This document shows, in pieces, positions 30,184-39,991 of a stretch of 64,000 bases of DNA. Positions within the stretch are counted from its first letter, which is position 1. Each line of letters opens with the position of its first letter. The position numbers and the translations under genes were made by a program. Source of the DNA: Bacillota bacterium (lineage in GTDB: Bacteria > Bacillota > Sulfobacillia > Sulfobacillales > Sulfobacillaceae); assembly GCA_023475835.1 (NCBI GenBank), contig JAMCVM010000070.1, forward strand, positions 2,603 through 66,602. The letters are read 5' to 3'. Below the pieces are notes generated by a model. The model was given only the letters and a program-made list of their open reading frames with translations. It made no database searches and was not told where the DNA came from.

Positions 30184-30936
30184 TTACGAAAGCCCCCAGG
30201 CATGGAGATGCTCTAGACTAATTTTCGCACTTTCAAAGGGGTCGCGCTGACAGACATCTTGCTCGACCATATACCAGCGCGTGCCTGCCTCTTCGAGCGC
30301 TTCGAGGATCCGGGGCCAGTTCATATTGCCTTCGCCGACCTCAGCCATCGTCGGTTGGCCGTCCACAATCGTCATATCCTTCAAATGAACCAACGGCACT
30401 CGACCCCGAAGCTTGGCAATCCACGCGGCTGGGTCCGCTCCCCCGTGTTGCACCCAGTATGTGTCGATTTCAGCGTTCAGGGCCGGATGGGAACCGGAAA
30501 AGATGAGGTCCAACCCGACGGCATCGCCCATGCGTTCAAATTCAAAGCTATGGTTGTGATAGGCTAGTGTCAGTCCGTGGCCCAGAAATGTTTGAGCGGC
30601 CACCCCCGCCTCTTGGGCGAACTGGCGATACCCCCGAGCATTTCGATATTCGGAGGGCATCGAAGCAATTGCGGTATAGTGGCACTTCCAGCGTTCATGA
30701 TTTTCGAAAATTCTCTCCGGTTGGGTTTGAATCTCCTGCCACGAAACATGCGTGGCCGCGGCCACTAATCCTTCCCCGGCAAGCATGGATGCCAACTCAC
30801 CCGGGTCGATAGGTCCCAAACCAGACAGTTGCACGGCTTCGTATCCCATAGTGCGAACCCGTCTGAGTGTAGTTGCCAGCGCAGCGGGAGTCTTGGTAAA
30901 CTCTCGTAGAGTGTACATCTGCAATGCCAATTTCAT
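30184..30936 (-). CDS. Sugar phosphate isomerase/epimerase (xylose isomerase-like TIM barrel)
   Basis: The ATG at 30936 follows AAGGAG. YHNHSFEF and VHLKD motifs are typical of the family. Confidence 0.8.
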   Translation of the reverse strand: MKLALQMYTLREFTKTPAALATTLRRVRTMGYEAVQLSGLGPIDPGELASMLAGEGLVAAATHVSWQEIQTQPERIFENHERWKCHYTAIASMPSEYRNARGYRQFAQEAGVAAQTFLGHGLTLAYHNHSFEFERMGDAVGLDLIFSGSHPALNAEIDTYWVQHGGADPAAWIAKLRGRVPLVHLKDMTIVDGQPTMAEVGEGNMNWPRILEALEEAGTRWYMVEQDVCQRDPFESAKISLEHLHAWGLS

Positions 30937-30965
30937 CGTGACCACTCCTTTCCAATGCTTTTACA

Positions 30966-32090
30966 TTATACGCCCCAGGAGGGTCCGCGAGAGCCCGCCA
31001 TGCGTTGACGCAGCAGTGTTTCGAAACGTATTTCATCGATTGGAAGGCTTACCCAATCGTCCAACCATGATGAGAGATGCATCGCATTCGACAGTTCCAG
31101 TCCTAAAAGACCTTCCTCGCCGGGCGCAATCAGGGGGGTTCCGTCGGTGATCGCATCCACCCAATTTTGGGTGATGCCACGATGCCCGCTTTCTCGTCCC
31201 CGAATCGGCACTTCCACTTTCCAAACCTCTGGGGCACCATGGCCTCCGCGATAGGTGGCATTAAATGTGCGCTCCGGGGTCACCAACCGCCAAAACTTCA
31301 ACTGGCCGTCTTCCACCACCACTTTTCCCCGGTCTCCTGCGATTTCTAGACGGTTGCTGCCCGGGGCTTCACCTGTAGACGTGATAAAGGTCCCGGTGGC
31401 CCCGTTGGCGTATTCAACGTAGGCGGTGACATCATCTTCTACCTCGATGTGATGATACTTGCCGAACGCCATAAAGGCTCTTACCCGGGTGGGCATCATA
31501 TCGATGGTCCATTGCCATAGATCTAGCTGATGAGGGGACTGATTAATCAGCACTCCGCCACCTTCTCCCGACCAGGTCGCCCGCCACGAACTTAAATCGT
31601 AATAGCTTTGAGGTCGATACCAATGGGTCACGGTCCAACTGGTCCGCTTGATGTCTCCTAGTTCGCCCGCCGTGATCAATTGCCGCACTTTTTGATACAG
31701 CGGACTGGTGCGCTGATTGTACATTAAGGCAAAGACTAGTCCTTGCTCTTCAGCTTTCCCGGCCAAATCTCGGGCGGATTTGGTATACACCGCCAGTGGC
31801 TTTTCACAAAGCACATGAAGGCCGGCGGCTAGTGCCGAGCGAACCATGCTGGGATGAAGAAAGTGAGGTACGGCGATAATGACAGCATCCACGTCGTTGG
31901 ACTGAATTAACTTTTCACCGCTGTCGTATCGCTGCACTCCATCACCCAATTGGGCCTCGGCCCAATCTAAGCGATTAGGATCCACATCTGCCACGGCCGT
32001 GAGTTCAGCGCCGCTAATCTCTTTATTATGTAAATAAGTTGCGTGCTCACTGCCCATAATTCCAATGCCGATCACTCCGACTCGCACCAT
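30966..32090 (-). CDS. Gfo/Idh/MocA family oxidoreductase
   Basis: N-terminal Rossmann VGVIGIGIMG and the LCEKPLA motif. Confidence 0.9.
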   Translation of the reverse strand: MVRVGVIGIGIMGSEHATYLHNKEISGAELTAVADVDPNRLDWAEAQLGDGVQRYDSGEKLIQSNDVDAVIIAVPHFLHPSMVRSALAAGLHVLCEKPLAVYTKSARDLAGKAEEQGLVFALMYNQRTSPLYQKVRQLITAGELGDIKRTSWTVTHWYRPQSYYDLSSWRATWSGEGGGVLINQSPHQLDLWQWTIDMMPTRVRAFMAFGKYHHIEVEDDVTAYVEYANGATGTFITSTGEAPGSNRLEIAGDRGKVVVEDGQLKFWRLVTPERTFNATYRGGHGAPEVWKVEVPIRGRESGHRGITQNWVDAITDGTPLIAPGEEGLLGLELSNAMHLSSWLDDWVSLPIDEIRFETLLRQRMAGSRGPSWGV

Positions 32091-32351
32091 GTTGCAACCT
32101 TCTTTCATCGACCCCGTGGGTCCGAAATTCCGTCCGTGTTGATGGCGGTCAAAGATCCATTCGCCTTTTTACGCCGGAGTCCTGCCTAGCCCCGGGCGTA
32201 AACGAAACGGTCGGCTGCGCTTTACCCAAGCCTCAAAAAACGTCTTCAACGAGGCAGCGCCGACCATGGAAGTTTCCCGAGGTCAGTCGGATATTACGCA
32301 TGCGCCTAAACGAGGTTAGAATACAGGTACGCACCTTTTAGGAGGCCCCTT

Positions 32352-33563
32352 TTGGCTAGACGCTGGTCTAATGCATCCGTATTTTTAAATTCAGAACTTC
32401 CTTGGTCCGTTGTAGGCGCCTGGATGAGTTCTTATCTCACTTTATACCTAATCGCGTGTCACTTAACGCCCCGGCAGATTGGATGGGCGCTTGCCCTCTC
32501 GGGCGTGGTCCAAGTGGCCATTTATCCCTCGATGGGATGGATTGCCAACCGACTGGGTCGAAAAAATGTCATCCAATTAGGGGACTTCTTAGGCTGGGTG
32601 GTAGCGTTCGTGCTCTGGACCGCGCGACCAGGAGCGGTTATGGTCGGGATCGCTTATGTGATGAACCAGGTCTCTGGGGTCATCACACCCGCCTGGAACA
32701 GTCTATTCAGCGAGGACCAAACGCCGCAAGCAACAAGCACCGGTTACATGCGCCTGCAGATTTTAACCATTTTAGGCGGAATCGCGGTGCCCATCTTAGC
32801 TCCGTGGATTGGTCACGTGGGCATTCGTCGTTCCGGTCGCGTGATTTTATTGCTGGCTTTGCCGGTATTGCTCGGGGCGTGGCTGTTTCGGCAATGCTTC
32901 CTCCACGAGTCCTCGGTCGGTGAATCCCAGCGGTCCGCCCACCGGGCGGGCGCTCGCATTCCCTGGCGGACGCGGGTTCAGCTAGGCTTGAGCGGTCAGG
33001 GTGATACCCTAGCGCTTCTTCGCATCCTCGCCCAGGTCGGATTCTCCCTGTTTGCAACCTTTGCCCCCGTCACCTTTGTGCTCCGCCGAGGACTGGATAT
33101 CTCGGTCGGCACGTTGGCCTTCTTACCCTTAGCGACCTCCCTTTTTGGCCTCGTTCTTTGGCACCAGCATGCAAGAATTGCAAAACTACCCCCGCGAACC
33201 ACCTTGGGGCTTGCCATCCTGACGTTCATGGTGGGATTCGCGCTTTTGGCTGTGACCCCTCGGGCAGAGCTTTGGACCCTCCTGGTGGCCTGGGGCCTGA
33301 TTGTGTCGGGTCAGGGACTTTACTGGTCGAGTCACACCACCTACTGGATGACTTGGATCCCCGATGCGGCGCGAGTAGACATTCAAGCGGTGGTCGGCGG
33401 AGCGTCCGCGCTTTTGGTCACCATTCTGGCTCCCACCTTAAGTCCGGGTATTGTACAGAGCCCGCACCTGCTGTACTGGTCCATGCTCGCTTTGGGCCTC
33501 GTCCTCGCCGGCATCTGGTCCCGACTCCCCCACGCCGCCAATGAGTCATCTCATCCCGGTTAG
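32352..33563 (+). CDS. MFS transporter
   Basis: TTG start 6 nt after AGGAGG. About 12 hydrophobic segments, and the MFS loop motif GWIANRLGRKN. Confidence 0.8.
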   Translation: MARRWSNASVFLNSELPWSVVGAWMSSYLTLYLIACHLTPRQIGWALALSGVVQVAIYPSMGWIANRLGRKNVIQLGDFLGWVVAFVLWTARPGAVMVGIAYVMNQVSGVITPAWNSLFSEDQTPQATSTGYMRLQILTILGGIAVPILAPWIGHVGIRRSGRVILLLALPVLLGAWLFRQCFLHESSVGESQRSAHRAGARIPWRTRVQLGLSGQGDTLALLRILAQVGFSLFATFAPVTFVLRRGLDISVGTLAFLPLATSLFGLVLWHQHARIAKLPPRTTLGLAILTFMVGFALLAVTPRAELWTLLVAWGLIVSGQGLYWSSHTTYWMTWIPDAARVDIQAVVGGASALLVTILAPTLSPGIVQSPHLLYWSMLALGLVLAGIWSRLPHAANESSHPG

Positions 33564-33650
33564 CGCAAGTTCGTTGCCCGAGGGCAACACCCCCGGGCGA
33601 ATTCTATCGGGTGGCGTCAAACCAGAGACCGGAGTCATTTCAGGTTCACT

Positions 33651-34457
33651 TCATCCGTTCAAGGGATAGATCAATTGGGGTTCAGGCACCCTATGGTCTG
33701 GATTGCCTTCAACTACGCCAGTCCCCACGGCGAAGAATTCGATGACGTGACTGCCCCAACCGTGGTTTCGTTCCAGCAGTTGTACCGCGACGATCCCTTG
33801 TGCCCCCAGATCCGAAGCCTCGGTCTGCATGCGATCCATCGCTAATTCGCGGGCATCATAAAGGGCTTGGGTAAAATTGGTCATCTCCACGTTTTGCCCC
33901 ATGGTCCGCAAGGACTGACCCAAGGACTGATGAGCCACATGATAGACACAATTTCCCATGACCAAACCCACTGGTTTATACCCCGACTTCAGCAGCGCCC
34001 AAAAATCCTGCCCCGACAAATCGCTCGTAAACGGCCGGCCATGTGCTGGACGATGACTTTCCCCGAGGGAGCGCACGGCTGTGCCAATGGCCATGAACTC
34101 CGCCAAGCCTGCTCCCCATTCATAGCGATTGACTTCGAGCCGCACCCCAATGATGCCGTCGGCGTGAAGCGACTCGGCCTCCTCTTCCATCCGCGTCATG
34201 GCAAGTTCTCGAGCATGATACATCGCTTGAGTCAGCACCGTCATTTCCAGGTTCTGACGGATTCCTGCAAACTGATAGCCCACGTGATAAATCGAACTAC
34301 CTAAGACCAGTCCTAGGGGTTCAAATCCAGCTTGACGCACCAACAAAAACTCGTTGACACTCAGATCCGAGGTCCATAAGGGTTTTTCGCCTCCCTGCAT
34401 AGTAGCTAGGCGATCCAGCGCATGGGCCGGCAAATCTTCGGGGGTGGTCGACATCAT
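33651..34457 (-). CDS. Tandem YbjQ/UPF0145 ('heavy-metal-binding') domain protein, 268 aa
   Basis: Two internal repeats of the pattern F(E/K)P(L/V)GLV(L/M)G..(I/V)YHV......(N/L)(E/V)M....A(M/L)Y.ARELAM.RM..EA...GA.GI..V.L......W.....EF.A.GT.V. Confidence 0.8.
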   Translation of the reverse strand: MMSTTPEDLPAHALDRLATMQGGEKPLWTSDLSVNEFLLVRQAGFEPLGLVLGSSIYHVGYQFAGIRQNLEMTVLTQAMYHARELAMTRMEEEAESLHADGIIGVRLEVNRYEWGAGLAEFMAIGTAVRSLGESHRPAHGRPFTSDLSGQDFWALLKSGYKPVGLVMGNCVYHVAHQSLGQSLRTMGQNVEMTNFTQALYDARELAMDRMQTEASDLGAQGIVAVQLLERNHGWGSHVIEFFAVGTGVVEGNPDHRVPEPQLIYPLNG

Positions 34458-34493
34458 TTCCTCCTCATGGCTCGCGTGCGAACCGGCGGTTTG

Positions 34494-35429
34494 CTAGGGC
34501 TTATTTCCTGTTGGTTGATCGTTGACCGGAAACCCCAAGTGGATACGTTGGTCGAGCATGCGATCCGGACCATATTCTCGAATGGCCGTGGCACTCAGGG
34601 TCAGATGAATAATATGATCATCATGGGCTTCAACCATCATTCCCACCGCTCCTCGGCCATCGACGCGCGGTCGATTGACCCGGACGGTTTCCACTCCCAT
34701 GTGCCAATCAGCGGCGATGATGCCTAAAGCCCCATGAACTTTGGCTTGTTGTCTGATCTCAGCCATGACGAACTCCCGAGCACGATAGACGGCCTGAGAA
34801 TAAGGGCTAATCTCTTGATTGCTCCAACTCATCTCCGCACGCTCAACGCCCCATGTGGCTAACACATAATACGCCGTCGTGGACCAAACCCACTCAATGG
34901 GCAAGAAACCTGCGGCCAATAACGCCATGGTGTCGGCAGCGGGAAGATTGCAAATGAAGGGTGTTTCCAGGGGAAGCGGTGCCGAATAGCGAACGGCGGT
35001 TCCCGCTGCCTGAAATTCCAACAGTCCCGACCCCCAAGATGATCGCTTTTGTTCGACCTGCATTTGAATGACTCCGTCGGCTCCAAGCAATCTAGCTTCG
35101 ATTTTCATCCGTTCGACGGCGTTTTGCCGAGCGACACTCATTACCCGACTCAACGGGCGGATGTCTCCCTCTCGCCAACCGCCTTGAAGCCACGATCCGC
35201 TATATCCCACATGCATGACCGAACTTCCCATCACTTGACCGATAGGCTCGAGTTGAGCTCGGCGCGCCGACAGCAACCCAGGCGCAGACAAAGTACTACC
35301 CCAGGCGCCATCGCTCCGTTCCAAGCGTAGACGGGCTTGGATGGGGATATGATGTTCCTGAAGTTCCTGTTGACTTTGCCGGTTAAGGTCCTTGCTGCCA
35401 CCCGCGTCCCGACGTCTCCATAACGGCAT
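34494..35429 (-). CDS. Divergent tandem YbjQ-like domain protein, 311 aa
   Basis: Same two-repeat architecture (LEPIGQVMGSSVMHVG...; FLPIEWVWSTTAYYV...; RLLGADGVIQMQVE; VHGALGIIAADWH). The basic N-terminal ~40 aa are unique. Confidence 0.7.
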   Translation of the reverse strand: MPLWRRRDAGGSKDLNRQSQQELQEHHIPIQARLRLERSDGAWGSTLSAPGLLSARRAQLEPIGQVMGSSVMHVGYSGSWLQGGWREGDIRPLSRVMSVARQNAVERMKIEARLLGADGVIQMQVEQKRSSWGSGLLEFQAAGTAVRYSAPLPLETPFICNLPAADTMALLAAGFLPIEWVWSTTAYYVLATWGVERAEMSWSNQEISPYSQAVYRAREFVMAEIRQQAKVHGALGIIAADWHMGVETVRVNRPRVDGRGAVGMMVEAHDDHIIHLTLSATAIREYGPDRMLDQRIHLGFPVNDQPTGNKP

Positions 35430-35464
35430 CTGTATTCCCCTTTATCCCCGTCGCCTACCGTCCA

Positions 35465-35857
35465 CTAATCATCTAGCAGAAAATTTTCCAAGACCTGGCG
35501 CGTAGCTTGGTTTGCGGCCGCATGCGCCCAAAGTGCCTTGGACAACGAGTCGAGCCAGGTTTCTAAGGAAACAATGTCTGACTTTAATGCGATTCCCCGA
35601 ACTAACTTGGTCTGTTTATAACTCATCCCCAATGAGGTCTTTTCCGCTTCCAGGCGGACGTCGCCAAAGTTCACGCTAAGCTTCGTCAACGGACGATCCG
35701 CCTGCCAACGAAATCCACTGCGCTTAATTTCAACCGCGCCTTGACCCAGGGCTTGTTCCAACTTTTGGGCCAAAACCTCGTGGAACGTTTTCAAATCGGT
35801 TACATCCGCACGAAGGCTGGCGGCCAACGTTTCAAACGACCATTCGCCCATGCCCAT
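35465..35857 (-). CDS. Hypothetical 130-aa protein, first gene of the YbjQ operon
   Basis: ORF with plausible composition, 35 nt upstream of the next gene. No motif I recognise. Confidence 0.55.
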   Translation of the reverse strand: MGMGEWSFETLAASLRADVTDLKTFHEVLAQKLEQALGQGAVEIKRSGFRWQADRPLTKLSVNFGDVRLEAEKTSLGMSYKQTKLVRGIALKSDIVSLETWLDSLSKALWAHAAANQATRQVLENFLLDD

Positions 35858-36179
35858 CCCTCCGAGACACGATTTCGATGTCTTTCAATAAAATCCCTGC
35901 TCGCGCGCCAAAAAAGTAACGTTCCACCACCTTTTATAGTCGCTCGGCGATGCATGCGTTTGCACATGCTAGATCCCTGTCATGCCAACCGCGGCATCGT
36001 CGAGCATCTACATCTACATCACCTGGCTCCGAGGCGCCAACCTCAGCGCATCCGGTTCGAACCGATGAACAAACACGTCCCCGGGTACAAGCCGCTCGGG
36101 TTCATTTCCTAGCCATCGACCCCACGATCCACATGTGATGACTCCCGCACATCGTCATTTAACCATCACCAGCAGTTCG

Positions 36180-37880
36180 CTAGCGGCTCGTAATGGCACC
36201 CTCGGATGCTGATTGAAAGAGACGGCCGTATTTAGCTAACACGCCGTGGCGATAACGGGGTTCGGGCGGTGCCCACTTCAACCGTCGCTCTGCTAACTCG
36301 GCGGCCGAACAATCCACATCAATAGTGCCCTTAACGGTATCGATAGTAATCATATCGCCATCTTGGATTAGAGCCAATGGCCCTCCGACCTGGGCTTCCG
36401 GAGACACATGGCCGACCATCGGGCCCTTGGTTGCTCCTGAAAAGCGACCGTCGGTCACCATGGCCACGTCATCCATATGGCCTTGACCAACAATCGCCGC
36501 TGTCACCGCCAGCATTTCCCGCATTCCTGGGCCGCCCCGCGGGCCTTCATAGCGAATCACCACAACATCGCCAGAATGAATGGAGCCCTTCTGGATCTCG
36601 GCAAAGGCGGCCTCTTCCCCATCAAACACGCGAGCAGGTCCGGTAATTTGTACGGTTCCCGTGGGACTGGTCACCTTAATCACAGCACCTTCAGGAGCGA
36701 GGCTCCCTCGTAAGATGGTCAAAGCTCCATTCTTGTGAAGCGGAGCCGTCACCGGAAATACGACGCGTTGGGCAACATCCGGAATATAAGCGTCTTCGAC
36801 CTCTTGCGCCAAGGTTCGGCCAGTCACGGTGATCGCGCTCCCGTCCAAATATCCGCCATTTAATAATTCCCGCAAAATCAGGGGGACTCCCCCCACCTGA
36901 TCCAAATCCGCCATAAAGTACTCACCGCCCGGCTTCAGGTTGCCAATGTGCGGCGTCTTATCGGTGATGCGCGAAAAATCGTCCAAAGACAGGTCCACTC
37001 CCGCTTCGCGAGCGATCGCCATTAAATGCAGCACGCTGTTGGTTGACCCGCCGAGGGCGGCCGCTACCGTAATCGCATTTTCGAAGGCGCGCTTGGTTAA
37101 AATATCCAGCGGACGAATTCCCTGCATGAGCGCGTCTAGGACAACCTCTCCGGCGCGGTGAGCGGATTGCCCACGACGGCCATCGACGGCCGGAATGGCT
37201 GAACCGCCAATCAGCCCAAAGCCTAGAACCTCGATCATGGTAGCCATGGTATTGGCGGTAAACAACCCGGCACAGGCACCGGCTCCAGGACACGCGGCGC
37301 GCTCCAATCCATCGAGTTCGTCGAGACTCATTCGTCCGCTGGAATAGGCACCTACCGCCTCGAAAACGTCGCCGACTCCCACCGATTTGCCGCGATACTG
37401 ACCTGGCATAATCGTTCCACCATAGACTACGACGGTAGGGATATTCAGCCGAGCAGCAGCCATTAACATGCCCGGAATATTTTTGTCGCAAGCGCCTACA
37501 GCGACCAGTGCATCAAACTGTTCCGCGAAGCACACCAACTCAATCGAGTCGGCAATCACTTCGCGACTAATTAGGGAGCCTTTCATTCCTTCGTGTCCCA
37601 TGGCAATCCCGTCACTCACCGTGATGGTGCGAAATTCAATTGGCTTGCCCCCGCCATGCTCGATCCCAGCCTTCACCTGGGCCGTGACTAAATCCAAGTG
37701 AAGATTGCACGGGGTCACTTCTGCGGCAGCGTTCGCCACCGCCACAAAGGGTTTGTGAAAATCTTGGTCAGAAAACCCCATAGCCCGATACATGCTGCGA
37801 TGCGGCGCCCGTTCGGGGCCCTCCACGGTCTTAGCGCTAGGCCACTGTCGGTCCTGTTTCAATCGTTCTTGCTGTGACAT
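36180..37880 (-). CDS. ilvD: Dihydroxy-acid dehydratase
   Basis: [18 protein letters not shown] signature and a C-terminal GATKGP-type region. The ATG at 37880 follows GAGGGGA. Confidence 0.95.
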   Translation of the reverse strand: MSQQERLKQDRQWPSAKTVEGPERAPHRSMYRAMGFSDQDFHKPFVAVANAAAEVTPCNLHLDLVTAQVKAGIEHGGGKPIEFRTITVSDGIAMGHEGMKGSLISREVIADSIELVCFAEQFDALVAVGACDKNIPGMLMAAARLNIPTVVVYGGTIMPGQYRGKSVGVGDVFEAVGAYSSGRMSLDELDGLERAACPGAGACAGLFTANTMATMIEVLGFGLIGGSAIPAVDGRRGQSAHRAGEVVLDALMQGIRPLDILTKRAFENAITVAAALGGSTNSVLHLMAIAREAGVDLSLDDFSRITDKTPHIGNLKPGGEYFMADLDQVGGVPLILRELLNGGYLDGSAITVTGRTLAQEVEDAYIPDVAQRVVFPVTAPLHKNGALTILRGSLAPEGAVIKVTSPTGTVQITGPARVFDGEEAAFAEIQKGSIHSGDVVVIRYEGPRGGPGMREMLAVTAAIVGQGHMDDVAMVTDGRFSGATKGPMVGHVSPEAQVGGPLALIQDGDMITIDTVKGTIDVDCSAAELAERRLKWAPPEPRYRHGVLAKYGRLFQSASEGAITSR

Positions 37881-38413
37881 ACTAGTCCCCTCATTCTGTC
37901 GATTCGACATAAATTTGTGTGTCTCAATACTAAACTCTTCTATAGAGAGTACGCCAAACCCCCATGGTTGCCAACCACAGCCGACTTATATCGTTTCGCA
38001 TGCGACGATTGGGTCGACCGAGCCCGCGAGAGCCCTGGGGATGCGCCGCAAGTCAATGAAAGGCACCGTATCGAATTCCGACCGGAATCCGTCATGCCTG
38101 ATGAGGGTCGGCGTCGACTGGCGATGAACCACCGCCCTTTTTTAGGCGTCGCGCTTCTCTCTTTATCGATTGGGTCCACCAGGCTGCGGGGAAATTAGCT
38201 GAAACGGATGCGATGCTCCGACGTCATCCAGCAGAATGCAAGATAGGTCTTTCCATGAAATGGTACCCATGTCGAAGTTTTCATCCGATCCGATATATTT
38301 CCAGTGTAAAGAGCCAATGCCCGCATATCTCGTCTGAGCCCCACGGGACCGCTTTGCCTAGAAACCACGATGCCGGTACGATGGCAACAGCTTCATCAGG
38401 AAGGAGACTTAAA

Positions 38414-39208
38414 ATGTCTATGTTGATCACTTTCATCATCGGTTCCAAACTCTGCTTGACTCCACTGAGCTCGGCTGCCATCCCACTATCGTCGGCGGAT
38501 GTCTCCCAAGAGGTATCGAGCGTTGTCACCATGGAGAACTTAGCTGACACTATTCACGCTTATCTTGCGGCAACGGGAAACACGAAATTGGCGGGCGCTA
38601 GCGTCGCAAAGTCACCCATGGCTCCGAGCAATCTCTCCACCCCAAGTCCAACGCCCGCTACCGCTTCGACCTCGGATACCACAAGCAGTCCGGCTCGGTC
38701 ACCTAATTCAGGCCAGTCTTCGCCGAGTTCAGCCGGGTCTTCGACGAGCGCGACTTCCGAACCTTCGACACCCCCATCGTCAGCGGGAGGGACGTCGGCC
38801 AATGCGTCCTCCGCCGACTTAGCCGCGGCCCAACAGATGCTTTCATTGATCAATCAAGCCCGGGTTAGTGGCGGGCAAGCGGCGCTGACCAATAGTTCCG
38901 CTCTCGCTCAACTCGCGCAGAAACGAGCAGACGCGATGATTACTGACGGCTATTTCAGCGAGGATTCACCGGTATACGGCTTGCCGATTCAAATGGAAAC
39001 TGCGGCTGGCATCAACGACGAGTCTATGGGAGCAGAGAATATTGCCGAAGCGCCCACCATTGCCGAAGCGTTCGCCCTACTCATGGCCTCTCCGCCGCAC
39101 GAAGCCAACATTATGGCCGCCTACTTCACCCAGGCGGGCATCGGCGCCGCTTATTCGCCTACGACCGGCTGGGTCGTTTCCGAACTGTTTGCGGGGCCCA
39201 CTCAATAG
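38414..39208 (+). CDS. Secreted CAP/SCP (YkwD-like) domain protein with S/T/P-rich linker
   Basis: The ATG at 38414 follows AGGAAGGAG. Signal-like N-terminus, a low-complexity SPSPTPATAST... linker and a C-terminal CAP domain (LINQARVSGG...MASPPHEANIM). Confidence 0.8.
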   Translation: MSMLITFIIGSKLCLTPLSSAAIPLSSADVSQEVSSVVTMENLADTIHAYLAATGNTKLAGASVAKSPMAPSNLSTPSPTPATASTSDTTSSPARSPNSGQSSPSSAGSSTSATSEPSTPPSSAGGTSANASSADLAAAQQMLSLINQARVSGGQAALTNSSALAQLAQKRADAMITDGYFSEDSPVYGLPIQMETAAGINDESMGAENIAEAPTIAEAFALLMASPPHEANIMAAYFTQAGIGAAYSPTTGWVVSELFAGPTQ

Positions 39209-39248
39209 CTCAGCCGAGGCACAATTCCAGGCCATAAGGCAGAAAAAA

Positions 39249-39284
39249 GGAACTCCAACCAAGGCGCGTTGGAGTTCCTTTTGC
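39249..39284. terminator. Bidirectional rho-independent terminator
   Basis: 11-bp perfect stem GGAACTCCAAC/GTTGGAGTTCC (39249-39259 / 39268-39278), flanked by an A-run upstream and TTTTG downstream. It sits between convergent genes. Confidence 0.7.
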
Positions 39285-39871
39285 TATGACTGCGGCGGGA
39301 ACAACGTGCTCGGTGGGCACACCCCAATGGCTGCCACCTCGCAAGCAGAGGGAATGCAATACCCATAGGCGGGAACCAACAATTGGACCGTGGCCAGGGT
39401 TTGCAGCAGTAAACACAGGGTGACTTGCACCGACAATTGACCGTTGGGCAAAATCACCGCGCTCGAGGTGCCGGTAAGAATTGTGCACACCGGCGTAGTG
39501 CCAGAAGGATTATAGAGCGGGACGGTCGTCGTGGTATAGACGGACACTGGAACGACGGTGACCCCATTGACACAGGTGACGTTTACGACCGCCGAAATGG
39601 TGTAGGTGATATTGTTGATAGAATCCGTTCCGCTGGGAACGACGGCACCCACGGCACAAGTCGAATCGGTCAGGTCTACCGTGCAAGTCAGGGACCCAGA
39701 CGTGGTCCCGGGAGGAATACAGCCGGGCGGCAGCGTCATATCGTTTACTATGGTGCTGGCGGTGACGGTTTGACTGCATGATGCATACACCTTGTCGACC
39801 ATAATGCAGTCGATTTCGGTCGGTGGAGGGCAGCAACCGCTGGAACATGGACCCGATGTCACTGTGGCCAT
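39284..39871 (-). CDS. Cys/Thr/Val-rich beta-type protein, 195 aa, no signal peptide (candidate spore-surface or other cross-linked structural protein)
   Basis: The ATG at 39871 follows AAGGAGG. N-terminus MATVTSGPCSSGCCPPPTEIDCIMVDKVYASCSQ. 15 Cys are spread through T/V/S-rich strand-like segments. Confidence 0.65.
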   Translation of the reverse strand: MATVTSGPCSSGCCPPPTEIDCIMVDKVYASCSQTVTASTIVNDMTLPPGCIPPGTTSGSLTCTVDLTDSTCAVGAVVPSGTDSINNITYTISAVVNVTCVNGVTVVPVSVYTTTTVPLYNPSGTTPVCTILTGTSSAVILPNGQLSVQVTLCLLLQTLATVQLLVPAYGYCIPSACEVAAIGVCPPSTLFPPQS

Positions 39872-39991
39872 TTTTGGGCCTCCTTGTCGCGTTTGGAGAG
39901 AGACGCCATGCTGCAGGTTCCCTCTGCTTTCGATATATGTGGCTGAACTCGAACCGTGCATGGGGATGACAGAACTCAGCGGAGGACGGAT

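Noticed and set aside
36040-36075. tRNA-like T-loop (GGTTCGAACC)
   Set aside because: The flanking bases do not form a 5-bp T stem, and no acceptor, D or anticodon arms can be drawn. It is just a palindrome.
37881-38212. Possible T-box or other leader upstream of ilvD
   Set aside because: AAAAAGGGCGGTGGTTCATCGCC loosely resembles a T-box core. However, there is no adjacent terminator/antiterminator pair, no recognisable stem I/specifier features, and the match to AGGGUGGUACCGCG is poor.
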